DNA of 32,000 nt from Candidatus Methylomirabilis oxygeniifera (GCA_000091165.1 FP565575.1:60001-92000), one strand, 5' to 3'. Counted from the first letter of the stretch, positions 17,023 to 26,488 are shown. A program made the numbers and translations. Notes: a model not told the origin generated them from the sequence alone.

Positions 17023-18177
17023 ATGAGGGTTGCAGTTCCAAAGGAGATTGAGTCTGGAGAAAGGCGTGTCGCAATTATCCCGGAAACAGTTAAGCGACTG
17101 ATAAAAAAGGGGGTCGAGGTGTCCGTGGAGTCCGGTGCGGGTGAAGGGTCGTGCTTCCGGAATGGGGAGTACGAGGAGGCCGGCGCCGTAATAGAGCCTT
17201 CGGCGGAAGCGCTGCTTGCCGCCACGGATGTCATCGTCAAGATTCAGCGCCCCGCTCCGGTGGAATTGCTGAAGATTCGCGAAGGCACTACGATCATCAG
17301 CTTGCTGTATCCGATGGTCAACCAGGACCTCGTCCAGACCCTTGCGTCCCGTAAGATTACCGCGATTGCGGTGGACAGCATTCCTCGAACTACGCTGGCC
17401 CAGATGATGGACGTCCTCAGCTCGCAGGCCACGATTTCGGGATACTACGCGGTGATCATGGCTGCGTATGCGCTTCCGAAATTCTTTCCGATGTTGATGA
17501 CTGCAGCGGGGACGATTGCGCCGGCCAAGGTGCTGATCTTAGGCGCCGGCGTCGCGGGGCTTCAGGCCATCGCCACCGCAAGGCGGCTCGGTGCGACGGT
17601 GGAGGCGTTCGATACGCGAAAGGTCGTGCGGCAGCAGGTAGAAAGCCTGGGAGCGCGGTTCGTTGAGGTGGACATGGCTGAGGACGCGCAGACATCGAGC
17701 GGCTATGCGAAGGAACTTTCTGACGAATACAAGCGACGACAGGCGGAGCTTCTACATCGGCATATTGCGAAATCTGATGTCTGTATTACGACAGCCCTTA
17801 TTCCCGGCCAGCGCGCTCCTATCCTGATTACTGAAGAGATGGTGCAGGCCATGAGGCCGGGATCGGTGATTGTGGACCTTGCGGCGGAGCAGGGCGGCAA
17901 CTGCGCCCTGACCGAACCCGGAAATGAAACGGTGAAGCATGGGGTCACGGTTATCGGCCGCTTGAATCTTCCGAGTCGCCTGGCGGTCCACGCGAGCCAG
18001 ATGTACTCGCGTAATATGGAGAAGCTCCTTCTGCACCTGACGGATAAAGATGGTGGACTGAAGCTCAATCTTCAGGAGGAGATCACCCAAGGGTGTGTGA
18101 TCACTATGGGGGGAGAGGTCGTGCAGCCGAAGGTCAAGGAGCTCCTGGCTCGGAAAGGGGAATCCCATGCAAGCTGA
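17023..18177 (+). CDS. pntAA: NAD(P) transhydrogenase subunit alpha part 1 (dI, NAD(H)-binding)
   Basis: 384 aa. Alanine-dehydrogenase/PNT fold with KVLILGAGVAGLQAIATARRLGA (Rossmann). It is followed by the alpha-2 and beta subunit genes with overlapping stops and starts. Confidence 0.9.
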   Translation: MRVAVPKEIESGERRVAIIPETVKRLIKKGVEVSVESGAGEGSCFRNGEYEEAGAVIEPSAEALLAATDVIVKIQRPAPVELLKIREGTTIISLLYPMVNQDLVQTLASRKITAIAVDSIPRTTLAQMMDVLSSQATISGYYAVIMAAYALPKFFPMLMTAAGTIAPAKVLILGAGVAGLQAIATARRLGATVEAFDTRKVVRQQVESLGARFVEVDMAEDAQTSSGYAKELSDEYKRRQAELLHRHIAKSDVCITTALIPGQRAPILITEEMVQAMRPGSVIVDLAAEQGGNCALTEPGNETVKHGVTVIGRLNLPSRLAVHASQMYSRNMEKLLLHLTDKDGGLKLNLQEEITQGCVITMGGEVVQPKVKELLARKGESHAS

Positions 18178-18463
18178 GATCCTATTTGGCTTCTACATCT
18201 TCATGCTGGCCGCGTTTCTTGGATTGCAGGTCATCTCCAAGGTCCCGCCGTTGCTTCATACGCCCCTGATGTCTGCGACGAACGCGATCTCTGGTATTTC
18301 GCTGGTCGGCTCGCTGGTGGCGGCAGGCGCCCATTACAATCCGGTCAGCACGGCCTTGGGGTTCATTGCGGTGACTGCTGCCACAATTAATGTCGTCGGC
18401 GGCTTCATGATTACGGATCGGATGCTGAAGATGTTCAAGAAGAAGGACGGGAAGAAGCCGTGA
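18167..18463 (+). CDS. pntAB: NAD(P) transhydrogenase subunit alpha part 2 (membrane)
   Basis: 98-aa hydrophobic protein (LHTPLMSATNAISGISLVG...) lying between pntAA and pntB. It overlaps both neighbours. Confidence 0.88.
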   Translation: MQAEILFGFYIFMLAAFLGLQVISKVPPLLHTPLMSATNAISGISLVGSLVAAGAHYNPVSTALGFIAVTAATINVVGGFMITDRMLKMFKKKDGKKP

Positions 18464-19839
18464 GCGCCACGCTGATACAGCTTACCTACTTCGCCGCGTC
18501 CGCACTGTTTATCCTGGGGTTGAAGGCCCTAGGCTCTCCGGAAACGGCTCGACGAGGCAATATCCTTGCTGCGGCGGGAATGTTTCTGGCTATCGTGGGG
18601 ACGCTTGTTCACCAGGATATTATCAGTTACGAATGGATTATCATCGGGATGATCATCGGATCGGCGATCGGGGCAGTGATGGCGATCTTCATGCCCATGA
18701 CAGCCATGCCCGAGCGGATTGCGCTCTCCCATGCATTCGGCGGATTGGCCGCTGCGTTTGTCGGGGTGTCCGAATATTACCGCCAGGGCGCAGAGATGGA
18801 ACTCATCCACACCGTGCCTGTCGGTTTTGAGGTCATCTTCGGGGCCTTGACCTTCACGGGTAGTCTGATGGCCTTTGGGAAGCTGTCGGGGTGGGTGACC
18901 CAGGTTCCAGTGACGTATAAGTTTCAGAACCAATCGAATCTCTCCCTGTTTGGCATTGTACTGGCGCTCTACATCGCATGGCTGTTTACTCCAGCCTATC
19001 CCATTTTATTTTACATCATGCTGGGGCTGGCCTTCCTGATTGGCGTGCTCATGGTGCTTCCAATCGGCGGGGCGGATATGCCGGTTGTCATCTGCCTGTT
19101 GAACTCGTATGCCGGCCTGGCTGCGTCGGCCACAGGATTCGTCCTGTCGAACAACATCTTGATTATTGCCGGCTCCCTTGATGGAGCCTCCGGTCTCATC
19201 CTGTCGATTATGATGAGCAAGGCGATGAACCGTTCCTTCTCGAATGTGCTCTTCGGAGCCTTCGGCTCAGTGGCTGAGACAGCCCCAGGGGCTGCTGCGA
19301 CCGCCGGCGGCAGTGTCAATGAGGGCACGATCGACGATTCGGTGACCGTCCTACGAAACGCGCAACGGGTCATCGTCGTTCCAGGCTACGGAATGGCGGT
19401 ATCCCAGGCCCAGCACGCCCTGCGAGAGTTGGCCGACCTGCTGGACTCGGACGGCACTACAGTGAAGTACGCGATTCACCCGGTGGCGGGCCGCATGCCG
19501 GGCCATATGAATGTGCTCCTGGCTGAGGCGAACGTGCCGTACGACCAGATCTTCGACCTTGAGGACATCAATGACGAGTTTCCTAAGACAGACGCGGTGA
19601 TTGTCATCGGCGCGAACGACGTCGTCAATCCTGCTGCGAAGACGAACCCGTCAAGTCCGATTTACGGGATGCCGGTCCTGAATGTGGAGGAGGCGCGTAC
19701 GGTCATTGTACTCAAACGCAGCATGGGCGCCGGCTTTGCAGGCATCGACAATGAGCTCTTCGGGCTGCCCAATACCATGATGGTGTTCGGAGACGCGAAG
19801 CAGACGGTCACAAAGATGGTGCAGGCGCTCAAGAATTAA
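18460..19839 (+). CDS. pntB: NAD(P) transhydrogenase subunit beta
   Basis: Polytopic N-terminal half plus the dIII NADP(H) domain: VVPGYGMAVSQAQH, HPVAGRMPGHMNVLLAEA and IGANDVVNPAA. Confidence 0.92.
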   Translation: MSATLIQLTYFAASALFILGLKALGSPETARRGNILAAAGMFLAIVGTLVHQDIISYEWIIIGMIIGSAIGAVMAIFMPMTAMPERIALSHAFGGLAAAFVGVSEYYRQGAEMELIHTVPVGFEVIFGALTFTGSLMAFGKLSGWVTQVPVTYKFQNQSNLSLFGIVLALYIAWLFTPAYPILFYIMLGLAFLIGVLMVLPIGGADMPVVICLLNSYAGLAASATGFVLSNNILIIAGSLDGASGLILSIMMSKAMNRSFSNVLFGAFGSVAETAPGAAATAGGSVNEGTIDDSVTVLRNAQRVIVVPGYGMAVSQAQHALRELADLLDSDGTTVKYAIHPVAGRMPGHMNVLLAEANVPYDQIFDLEDINDEFPKTDAVIVIGANDVVNPAAKTNPSSPIYGMPVLNVEEARTVIVLKRSMGAGFAGIDNELFGLPNTMMVFGDAKQTVTKMVQALKN

Positions 19840-19963
19840 GACGTGAGCAACCGTCGTCGCAGATAACCGGATCCTGCACGCATACCTATCCCAGGATGAG
19901 ACAGCACCCGCACGCCGCATAACCTGCTGTTGTTTACTCCCGCCTCGGTAGAAAGAGGAATCG

Positions 19964-21118
19964 GTGGATATTCTGATCGTGGGAGTCAGTGCGCGCGGCT
20001 TGGCGGAGTCGGCGGTTCGGAGCGGATTGCGGCATCGGATCGTTGCGGTCGACTACTTCGGAGATTTCGATCTGGGACTGCTCTGCTCCCACCGCTCGAT
20101 TAAGACCGACCTGAACCTTCCGTACGATCCCCACCGCCTGATTACCGCATCGTCCGGCCTGACGTGGGACGCCCTTGCCTATGCCGCCAACCTGGAAAAC
20201 TTTCCATCAGTGATTGAGACAATAGCCGGAGGGAAGCCGATCCTGGGTAATGGCCCAGCGGTCCTGTCATCGGTGAGAGACCCCGCCAGATTCTTCGAGT
20301 TCCTTAGGCAAGCCGGCATTCCTGCACCGAAGATCGCCTTTGATTCTCAACCCCTCAACCTCCATTCCGACACCCTCTGGTTGCGCAAACCGCTTCGAAG
20401 CGGGGGTGGCCATGGAATCGCCGTTCACCTGCCTGAGGATCGCCTTGCCCCGGATTGTTTCCTGCAGGAGTACCTGGACGGCCTGCCATGTGGCGCGGTG
20501 TTCGCGGCGGATGGCTGGGATGCGTGTCTGCTGGGTGTCTCCGAGCAACTTATCGGTACGAAAGCGTTGGGGACGGACGGCTTTCACTACTGCGGGAGTA
20601 TTCTCGGACCTATAGAGGTGGGTCGGGTTGAATGGATCGACCTCGTCGAGCGCATAAGACAGATTGTTCGCGCCATTACCCGAGAGTTTCATCTTGTCGG
20701 CGTCAATGGAATCGATTTTATCTTCAAGGAGAAGGCTGTCTATCCGATTGAGGTCAACCCCCGTTACACCGCCTCGATGGAGCTGGTCGAACGAGCCTAC
20801 GGTGTGAATATCTTTAAGACACATCTCGACGCCTGCCGGGGGAGACTTCCCGACTTTGACCTCACCGCATACCTCGACGCAGGTTACTTCGGTAAGGCCA
20901 TTTGTTTTGCGTCGCGAGCCCTGATCTTCCATGATCCACGGCGGTGGTTCGATCGGGGTGCTCGAGATGTGCCGCTCGAAGGGGGGCAGATCGCGCAGGG
21001 GAAGCCGATTTGTACCGTCTTCTCGCGTGGACAAAGCCGATCGGCATGCTACAATCAGCTCACCTGTGCCGCCGCCGAAATAGAGCAAGGACGTTCGGAC
21101 GCTACGATAACGGTATGA
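19964..21118 (+). CDS. ATP-grasp superfamily ligase of unknown substrate
   Basis: 384 aa. LRKPLRSGGGHGIAV, FLQEYLDGLPCGAVF and GVNGIDFIFKEKAVYPIEVNPRYTAS are ATP-grasp core motifs. The GTG start follows AGAGGA. The stop overlaps the next start (ATGA). Confidence 0.75.
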   Translation: MDILIVGVSARGLAESAVRSGLRHRIVAVDYFGDFDLGLLCSHRSIKTDLNLPYDPHRLITASSGLTWDALAYAANLENFPSVIETIAGGKPILGNGPAVLSSVRDPARFFEFLRQAGIPAPKIAFDSQPLNLHSDTLWLRKPLRSGGGHGIAVHLPEDRLAPDCFLQEYLDGLPCGAVFAADGWDACLLGVSEQLIGTKALGTDGFHYCGSILGPIEVGRVEWIDLVERIRQIVRAITREFHLVGVNGIDFIFKEKAVYPIEVNPRYTASMELVERAYGVNIFKTHLDACRGRLPDFDLTAYLDAGYFGKAICFASRALIFHDPRRWFDRGARDVPLEGGQIAQGKPICTVFSRGQSRSACYNQLTCAAAEIEQGRSDATITV

Positions 21119-22422
21119 CAAAACAGACGACCAACGACCAGCGCCTTTTCGCATCATCGGTTACCCGCCGTTTTCTCAGACAGGACGGCCCGCTTCATAT
21201 GAAGGGTGGAGAGATGTGGATCGAAGGCCTGTCCTGCCGGGAAATGGCCAAGCCGCTCGGTACGCCGCTCCTGATTTATTCGTCGGCGCGCGTGCGCGAC
21301 AATATCGCAGCGGTTGCCGCCGCCGCCGAAGCGTCCCCATGGCCGGTCCGCATCCACTTTGCCCTGAAGGCATGCTATCTGGCCGGAGTGGTGTCGCTCC
21401 TGCAGCAGGCCGGGTTGAATGTCGAAGTGATGTCCGAATATGAATACGTGCTGGCGAGACGGATCGGTTTTTCGCCGAACCAGGTGATCGTCAACGGTCC
21501 GGCAAAGCGACCGGAATTTCTGGAGCGCGCAGTCATCGATGGGGTGGCGCTAATCAATGTCGAGTCGCTGTCGGAGATGACGTTTCTCCAGGGACTGGGC
21601 CAACGGCTTGGGAGGATCATTGAGGTGGGCATCAGGATCAACCCTCTCCTGTCGCAGCGCCTCCGGGGTCCGTTTACCCCTCCCGGATCAAAATTCGGCT
21701 TTGATGTGCCAAGCGGTGAGGCGGCGGCGGCGGTCAAGCGGATTGCACGATCACGATCCCTCTCGCTTCAGGCGGTGCATTGCCACGGCTACACCAGGCA
21801 ATACAGGCCGGATGCGCATCGGGCCCAGGTGGCCGCAGTCGTGAAGTTTCTTCGGGGAGTGGAAGCCGATCTTGGAATCCGGATTCCCGTCCTCGACTTC
21901 GGAGGCGGATTCGGCAGTCGCTATCTCATGGAGGCGCACGGGTGGACGTTCCAGCAGTTCATGCGTGAGATGTTGGATCCGCTTGCCGGCCTGCCTGGCG
22001 ACCGGCAGGTCATCATTGAGCCCGGGCGATATCTGGTCAACGACACTGCCGCATGCCTGACGAGCGTATTGACGTGCAAGCGGACAGTTCACAGACGCTG
22101 GGTCCTGGTGGATACGGGTCGGCATATCTTACCGCCTCGAGAGAACGCCGAATATGTTGTCATGCCGTGTCAGGCTTCACCGGGGCGAACCGTGTATCAT
22201 GTCGGCGATTTTCTCTGTGTGCCGTCGGAGCCTGTTCCGCTCTCGGTAGTCGGCGGGGTGATGAGGCCTGGCGATCTGCTCGCGGTGTTCAACGCCGGAG
22301 CCTACACCTTTTCTATGGCCCAGAACTTTGGAGAGCCGATCCCCAATGCGATCCTGGTCGACAAGGGTGAGTGGCGTTGGTTGTTTAAGAAGCGATCCGT
22401 TGAAGAGCAATTCATGAGATAA
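21115..22422 (+). CDS. PLP-dependent decarboxylase, Orn/DAP/Arg decarboxylase family (fold type III)
   Basis: IHFALKACY (PLP lysine), MSEYEYVLARRIGF, VNGPAKR, DFGGGFG, EPGRYLV and AGAYTFSMAQNF. The usual C-E-S-G-D region reads CVPSEP. The track ORF from 20944 is a 5' extension overlapping the ATP-grasp gene. Confidence 0.8.
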   Translation: MTKQTTNDQRLFASSVTRRFLRQDGPLHMKGGEMWIEGLSCREMAKPLGTPLLIYSSARVRDNIAAVAAAAEASPWPVRIHFALKACYLAGVVSLLQQAGLNVEVMSEYEYVLARRIGFSPNQVIVNGPAKRPEFLERAVIDGVALINVESLSEMTFLQGLGQRLGRIIEVGIRINPLLSQRLRGPFTPPGSKFGFDVPSGEAAAAVKRIARSRSLSLQAVHCHGYTRQYRPDAHRAQVAAVVKFLRGVEADLGIRIPVLDFGGGFGSRYLMEAHGWTFQQFMREMLDPLAGLPGDRQVIIEPGRYLVNDTAACLTSVLTCKRTVHRRWVLVDTGRHILPPRENAEYVVMPCQASPGRTVYHVGDFLCVPSEPVPLSVVGGVMRPGDLLAVFNAGAYTFSMAQNFGEPIPNAILVDKGEWRWLFKKRSVEEQFMR

Positions 22423-22678
22423 GGTAGCAGGGATGGTCGCGCCGAGAGGCGGAAGCGTGACGACTTCTGTCGTACCTGAACATCCATGGGCCGATCGATC
22501 GCCTACACAAGATCCGAAAGCGTCCGATTTTTGACGTTATGGGGCAAATCACCCACGTCAGGGTGTTATGCCCCCATTCCCCACCTTGTCGCAGTGAGTT
22601 GGTCTGGCAGTACCCCACATTCATACCCTGCTCACCCAACAAATACAATGAGTTACATTGTTTAGCTCCGAGAGCGGT

Positions 22679-22694
22679 TGGCACTGAATGTGCA
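22679..22694 (+). promoter_or_regulatory. sigma54 (-24/-12) promoter-like element TGGCAC-tgaat-GTGCA upstream of the first TonB-dependent receptor
   Basis: Read directly. The GG (22680-81) to GC (22692-93) spacing equals the TGGCAC-N5-TTGCW consensus, with one mismatch in the -12 box. It lies 70 nt upstream of ATG 22764. Confidence 0.5.
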
Positions 22695-22763
22695 CACTTC
22701 ATCCCCTTTTCACGATAGTTCTGTATCCTTACAGGAGTCGGAATAGTCCCCATTGGAGGAGGA

Positions 22764-24941
22764 ATGACGTTGGCAGGCAGAGCTGAACTTGGGTTACGTA
22801 GAATCATTATTGCTGTTGTCTGGCTTGTCATTATCGGTGCCATCGGACGATTCGCTGCAGTTGCGTGGGGGGCCGACGCCGACTCGCCACCGCCCACTAT
22901 TTCCGAGGAGGCGGTTCGTCTCGATCCGGTGGTCGTCTCTGCCGGCCGGATTGAGCAGCGGCTACGGGACGTCCCGGCCAATGTGACGGTCATCACCCGA
23001 GAGGAGATCGCGCAATCGCCGGCCAGGACGGTAGACGATCTGCTGCGGCAGATCCCCGGGTTCAGTCTGTTTCGTCGCAGCAGCAGCCTGGTCACCCATC
23101 CAACGACGCAGGGGGTGTCGCTTCGCGGGATCGGGCCAAGCGGCGTGAGTCGGACGCTGGTATTGCTGGATGGAGTTCCGCTCAACGATCCGTTCGGCGG
23201 CTGGGTCTACTGGAGCAAGGTGCCGCTGGAAAGTGTCGAGCAGATTGAGGTGGCGCGTGGCGGCGGGTCCGGCGTCTGGGGCAACTATGCGCTGGGTGGC
23301 GTCATCAACATTATCACTAAGCGGCCGGAGGCGCGGGTTGCCCAACTCAAGGTTGATGGCGGCACGCGCAATACCGTCGATACCGACCTGCTGGTGAGTC
23401 ACGTGACCGGACCCTGGGGTATCTCTCTTGAAGGCAGCTTCTTTGATACTGACGGCTATAAGATCGTCAAGAAGAGTCAGCGGGGGACGATCGATGTCGA
23501 TGCCGACTCCAGTCATAAGACCTTTAATGGTCGACTGGAATACACGCCTTCCCCGACCTCATCGCTCTTTCTCGCCGGTACCTTCTTTCGGGAGGATCGC
23601 GGCAACGGGACCCCGCTTCAAAACAATGAGACCGAGACCGGCTATGTAGCAACCGGAGGCCGGATGAAGACCGCCGATGGCAGCGACTGGCAACTCACGG
23701 CCTTCTCTCACCTGCAGACGTTTAACAGTACCTTCACCTCTGCGTCTGCCGATCGGAACTCGGAAACCCCCGCACTTGATCAGTTCGACGTCCCCTCAAC
23801 GGATGCCGGGGCCAACCTGCAGTGGTCGAAGCGGATCCTCCAGTCACATCTGCTCACGGCGGGAACCGATGTGAGATGGATCGACGGAGAAACGAACGAA
23901 TACTTCACATTCAATCAAACCTTAAAAGATTTTACCGGACGACGGAAGGCTGGAGGGGAGCAGTTCTTGGCAGGCGCCTACATTCAGGATATTTTCACCC
24001 CTGCGCCCGGATGGCAGATTACTGTTGCCGGCCGGTTCGACTCGTGGCAGAGTTTCAATGCTTCACGCGTTCAGCGGAACAAACAAACCGGGGCGATCAC
24101 TCGGAATAGTCAGTTTGACGATCGGGACGAATTTGCCTTCAGTCCCAAGGTGGCGCTCTTGTACCATGCCACCGATCAACTCTCGCTGCGAAGCTCGTTC
24201 TACAAAGGGTTTCGAGCGCCGACCATCAATGAGCAGTTTCGGCCATTCAGAGTCCGGAACGACATTACTGAAGCCAACGAAAAGCTTGATCCGGAACGGC
24301 TGATTGGAGGGGAGGTCGGGTTCGACTATACCATGATGCGTAACCTTCTCGGTCGATTTACCGCCTTTTGGAACGAGGTCAAGGACCCTATTGTCAATGT
24401 CACCAAGGGGATCGGTCAAGGAGCCGTCATGGAGCCTTGTGGCTTTGTCCCGGTCGGCGGTGTCTGTCGCCAGCGGGACAACCTGGACCGGACGCGGATC
24501 AGGGGGATCGAGGCCGAACTCGAATATCATCCGCTGCCGCGCTGGGCCGTTTCAGGCAGTTATCTGTATAACCATACTGAGGTCTTGAGCGCCAAGAACC
24601 AACCGGAATTAGAGGGAAAATGGATTGCTCAGGTCCCGAGACATCAGTTCACTTTGAAGTTGGGCTACACCAATCCGTCCCTCGTGAACTTTTCCATTCA
24701 GGGGCGGTTTATCGAGGATCAGTTCGAGGATGACCTCAACACGCTGAAGCTCGGCGACTACTTCGTAGTGGACCTTATGGTGTGGCGGCCGATCCCCCTC
24801 CCGAAGGTGTCTGCAGGAGAAATCTTCTTTGCGGTAGAGAACCTCTTCGACCGGACGTACGAGGTTGCCAAGACGGCCGACGGCATCGTTACCACCGGCA
24901 CCCCTGTGCTGGTCCACGGCGGCGTAAGGGTACGGTTTTGA
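22764..24941 (+). CDS. TonB-dependent outer-membrane receptor (no N-terminal signalling extension)
   Basis: Signal peptide, TonB-box-like LDPVVVSA, and plug motifs VTVITREEI, DLLRQIPG, SLRGIG and LLDGVPLND. A long beta-barrel ends in the aromatic terminus ...VRVRF. Confidence 0.9.
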   Translation: MTLAGRAELGLRRIIIAVVWLVIIGAIGRFAAVAWGADADSPPPTISEEAVRLDPVVVSAGRIEQRLRDVPANVTVITREEIAQSPARTVDDLLRQIPGFSLFRRSSSLVTHPTTQGVSLRGIGPSGVSRTLVLLDGVPLNDPFGGWVYWSKVPLESVEQIEVARGGGSGVWGNYALGGVINIITKRPEARVAQLKVDGGTRNTVDTDLLVSHVTGPWGISLEGSFFDTDGYKIVKKSQRGTIDVDADSSHKTFNGRLEYTPSPTSSLFLAGTFFREDRGNGTPLQNNETETGYVATGGRMKTADGSDWQLTAFSHLQTFNSTFTSASADRNSETPALDQFDVPSTDAGANLQWSKRILQSHLLTAGTDVRWIDGETNEYFTFNQTLKDFTGRRKAGGEQFLAGAYIQDIFTPAPGWQITVAGRFDSWQSFNASRVQRNKQTGAITRNSQFDDRDEFAFSPKVALLYHATDQLSLRSSFYKGFRAPTINEQFRPFRVRNDITEANEKLDPERLIGGEVGFDYTMMRNLLGRFTAFWNEVKDPIVNVTKGIGQGAVMEPCGFVPVGGVCRQRDNLDRTRIRGIEAELEYHPLPRWAVSGSYLYNHTEVLSAKNQPELEGKWIAQVPRHQFTLKLGYTNPSLVNFSIQGRFIEDQFEDDLNTLKLGDYFVVDLMVWRPIPLPKVSAGEIFFAVENLFDRTYEVAKTADGIVTTGTPVLVHGGVRVRF

Positions 24942-24946
24942 AGGAA

Positions 24947-24998
24947 GCTCTCAGCGTTCAGCTTTCAGTAGGAGCGTTTTGGCTGAGAGCCGAAAGCT
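24947..24998 (+). other. intercistronic structured element with two interleaved stems between the receptor and kinase genes
   Basis: GCTCTCAGC (24947-55) pairs with GCTGAGAGC (24982-90). AGCTTTC (24960-66) pairs with GAAAGCT (24992-98). All read directly. Confidence 0.3.
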
Positions 24999-25009
24999 AG
25001 TCCCATTCC

Positions 25010-26488
25010 ATGTTGATCCGCACAAAACTCCACATCGGGTATCTGGTCATTTTTACCCTGGTGGTCTGCATCGGGCTTGTCATGGTGTGGGCGCTTCGGA
25101 GCTGGGAGGCGGCGGTACAGGATCTGACCGTCTCCCATGCGCAAGGCCTGAGGGCCGAGCGGCTGCGAGGCGATTTGTATCGGCAGATCAAGGAGATCCT
25201 CGATCGGTTCGTGAGTGGGGATCGATCGGCTCGAGGGGAGTTCGAGAGCCTGGGAGTGATGGTGGAGGGGGAGTTGGCGGACCTTCAACGGTACTCCCAG
25301 TTGAAAGCCGAGCAGGATCGGATTCGGGAACTCGAGGCGGCGCACCGGCAGGTCACGAAGCTCGTGAGAGAGATTTTTGAACTCCTCGAGAACGGGGCTC
25401 GTGAGCAGGCCATCCAGCGGGTCGAACGGGAGCTGGAACAGGTTGCGTTTACACGCCAGGACGAACAGATTGATCGGTTACGGGCCTACTACGACGCAGC
25501 CGCACAGCAGTCGATGCAACGGACCCGCGCCGTCGCGACTCAGGGGGAACTACTGGCCGGTGTTGTCGTGCTGCTTGCACTCGCGTGGGGAGCCGGGTTG
25601 CTGTTTGGAACGCAACTATGGTTAGTCAAGCCTTTGCAAGCTATCGGTCGTGCGACCGCGATCATCAGCACCGGGGAACTGACTCATCGCCTTCATGTCA
25701 GCTCACAGGATGAGTTGGGTGATCTGGCGAACTCGATCAATCGCATGGCCCAGTCGCTGAAGGGAATTCAGGAGCGCGTGCTTCAAGCCGAACGATTAGC
25801 GGCGGCCGGTGAACTCTCTGCCTACGTTGCACACAATATCCGTAACCCATTGGCGAGTATCCGGTCTACTGCTCAGGCAGCCCTCACAGGATCGGACCAG
25901 TCCGCAGCGATTCGGCTCACGCTGCAGGGCGTTGTGGAGAGTGTGGATCGCCTGAACCAATGGGTACGTCATTTTCTCTTCGCCTTAAAACCGATTACGC
26001 CGACTCTTGCCTCGGCCGATTTAAACCGGGTGGTGGCACAGGCACTGGATGTTGTCCGCCCGACCATCGAAGGGAAGCGGATCAGCGTAGGGTTGAGCCT
26101 TGCCGAATCGCTGCCGCTCGTCCCGCTTGACGAAGGGTACTTTGAACAAGCCCTCATTGCCCTGCTGACCAATGCCTGCGAGGCGACGTCCCAGGAGGGG
26201 CGGATTGAAATCGCCTCCAGATTGATTTGCGACGGGGAGCGGCCGACAGGTGTGGCTGTTGAGCTGACCGACAATGGCGCAGGAATCCCCCCTGAGATGA
26301 TCGAGAAGGTCTTGACTCCATACTTTACGACGAAGAGTGACGGCGTGGGACTTGGCCTGACCATGGCCCAGAAGGTTGCCAGCGCTCACGGCGGGAGCCT
26401 CACCGTGTCGAACCGACAGGAGGGTGGGGCCGTCGTCCGGATCCTCCTTCCGCTGCCCCATTCTCAAGCCGCCGAACGCGATGGCTAG
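25010..26488 (+). CDS. sensor histidine kinase (2 TM, helical periplasmic sensor, HAMP, HisKA, HATPase_c)
   Basis: TM1 IGYLVIFTLVVCIGLVMVWAL and TM2 LLAGVVVLLALAWGAGLLF. HAMP is KPLQAIGRATAIISTGELTHRL...DELGDLANSINRMA, the H-box is AHNIRNPLASI, and the G-boxes are DNGAGIP/GVGLGL. Confidence 0.88.
   Translation: MLIRTKLHIGYLVIFTLVVCIGLVMVWALRSWEAAVQDLTVSHAQGLRAERLRGDLYRQIKEILDRFVSGDRSARGEFESLGVMVEGELADLQRYSQLKAEQDRIRELEAAHRQVTKLVREIFELLENGAREQAIQRVERELEQVAFTRQDEQIDRLRAYYDAAAQQSMQRTRAVATQGELLAGVVVLLALAWGAGLLFGTQLWLVKPLQAIGRATAIISTGELTHRLHVSSQDELGDLANSINRMAQSLKGIQERVLQAERLAAAGELSAYVAHNIRNPLASIRSTAQAALTGSDQSAAIRLTLQGVVESVDRLNQWVRHFLFALKPITPTLASADLNRVVAQALDVVRPTIEGKRISVGLSLAESLPLVPLDEGYFEQALIALLTNACEATSQEGRIEIASRLICDGERPTGVAVELTDNGAGIPPEMIEKVLTPYFTTKSDGVGLGLTMAQKVASAHGGSLTVSNRQEGGAVVRILLPLPHSQAAERDG

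Noticed and set aside
19840-19963. Possible RiPP (graspetide-type) precursor peptide upstream of the ATP-grasp gene.
   Set aside because: Only 7-8-codon ORFs are present (for example ATG 19896: MRQHPHAA). There is no Ser/Thr/Asp/Glu/Lys-rich core peptide, and the ATP-grasp is coupled to a decarboxylase rather than to a peptide or protease.
22740-22749. Identical 10-mer GGAATAGTCC upstream of receptor 1 and inside the sigma54-like element at 30648-30657.
   Set aside because: Exact 10-mer matches between two places in a 32-kb window are expected by chance. The flanks do not align, and the 22740 copy lacks a correctly spaced GC.
22423-22763. Cobalamin riboswitch or Fur/Zur box upstream of the first TonB-dependent receptor. 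The same check was made at 27900-28134 for the second receptor.
   Set aside because: I looked for a B12-box-like core (GCCACTG-type) with flanking GGTG/GGAA elements and for a GATAATGATAATCATTATC-like 19-mer, and found neither. The sigma54-type elements explain the regions better. An Infernal scan would be the decisive check.
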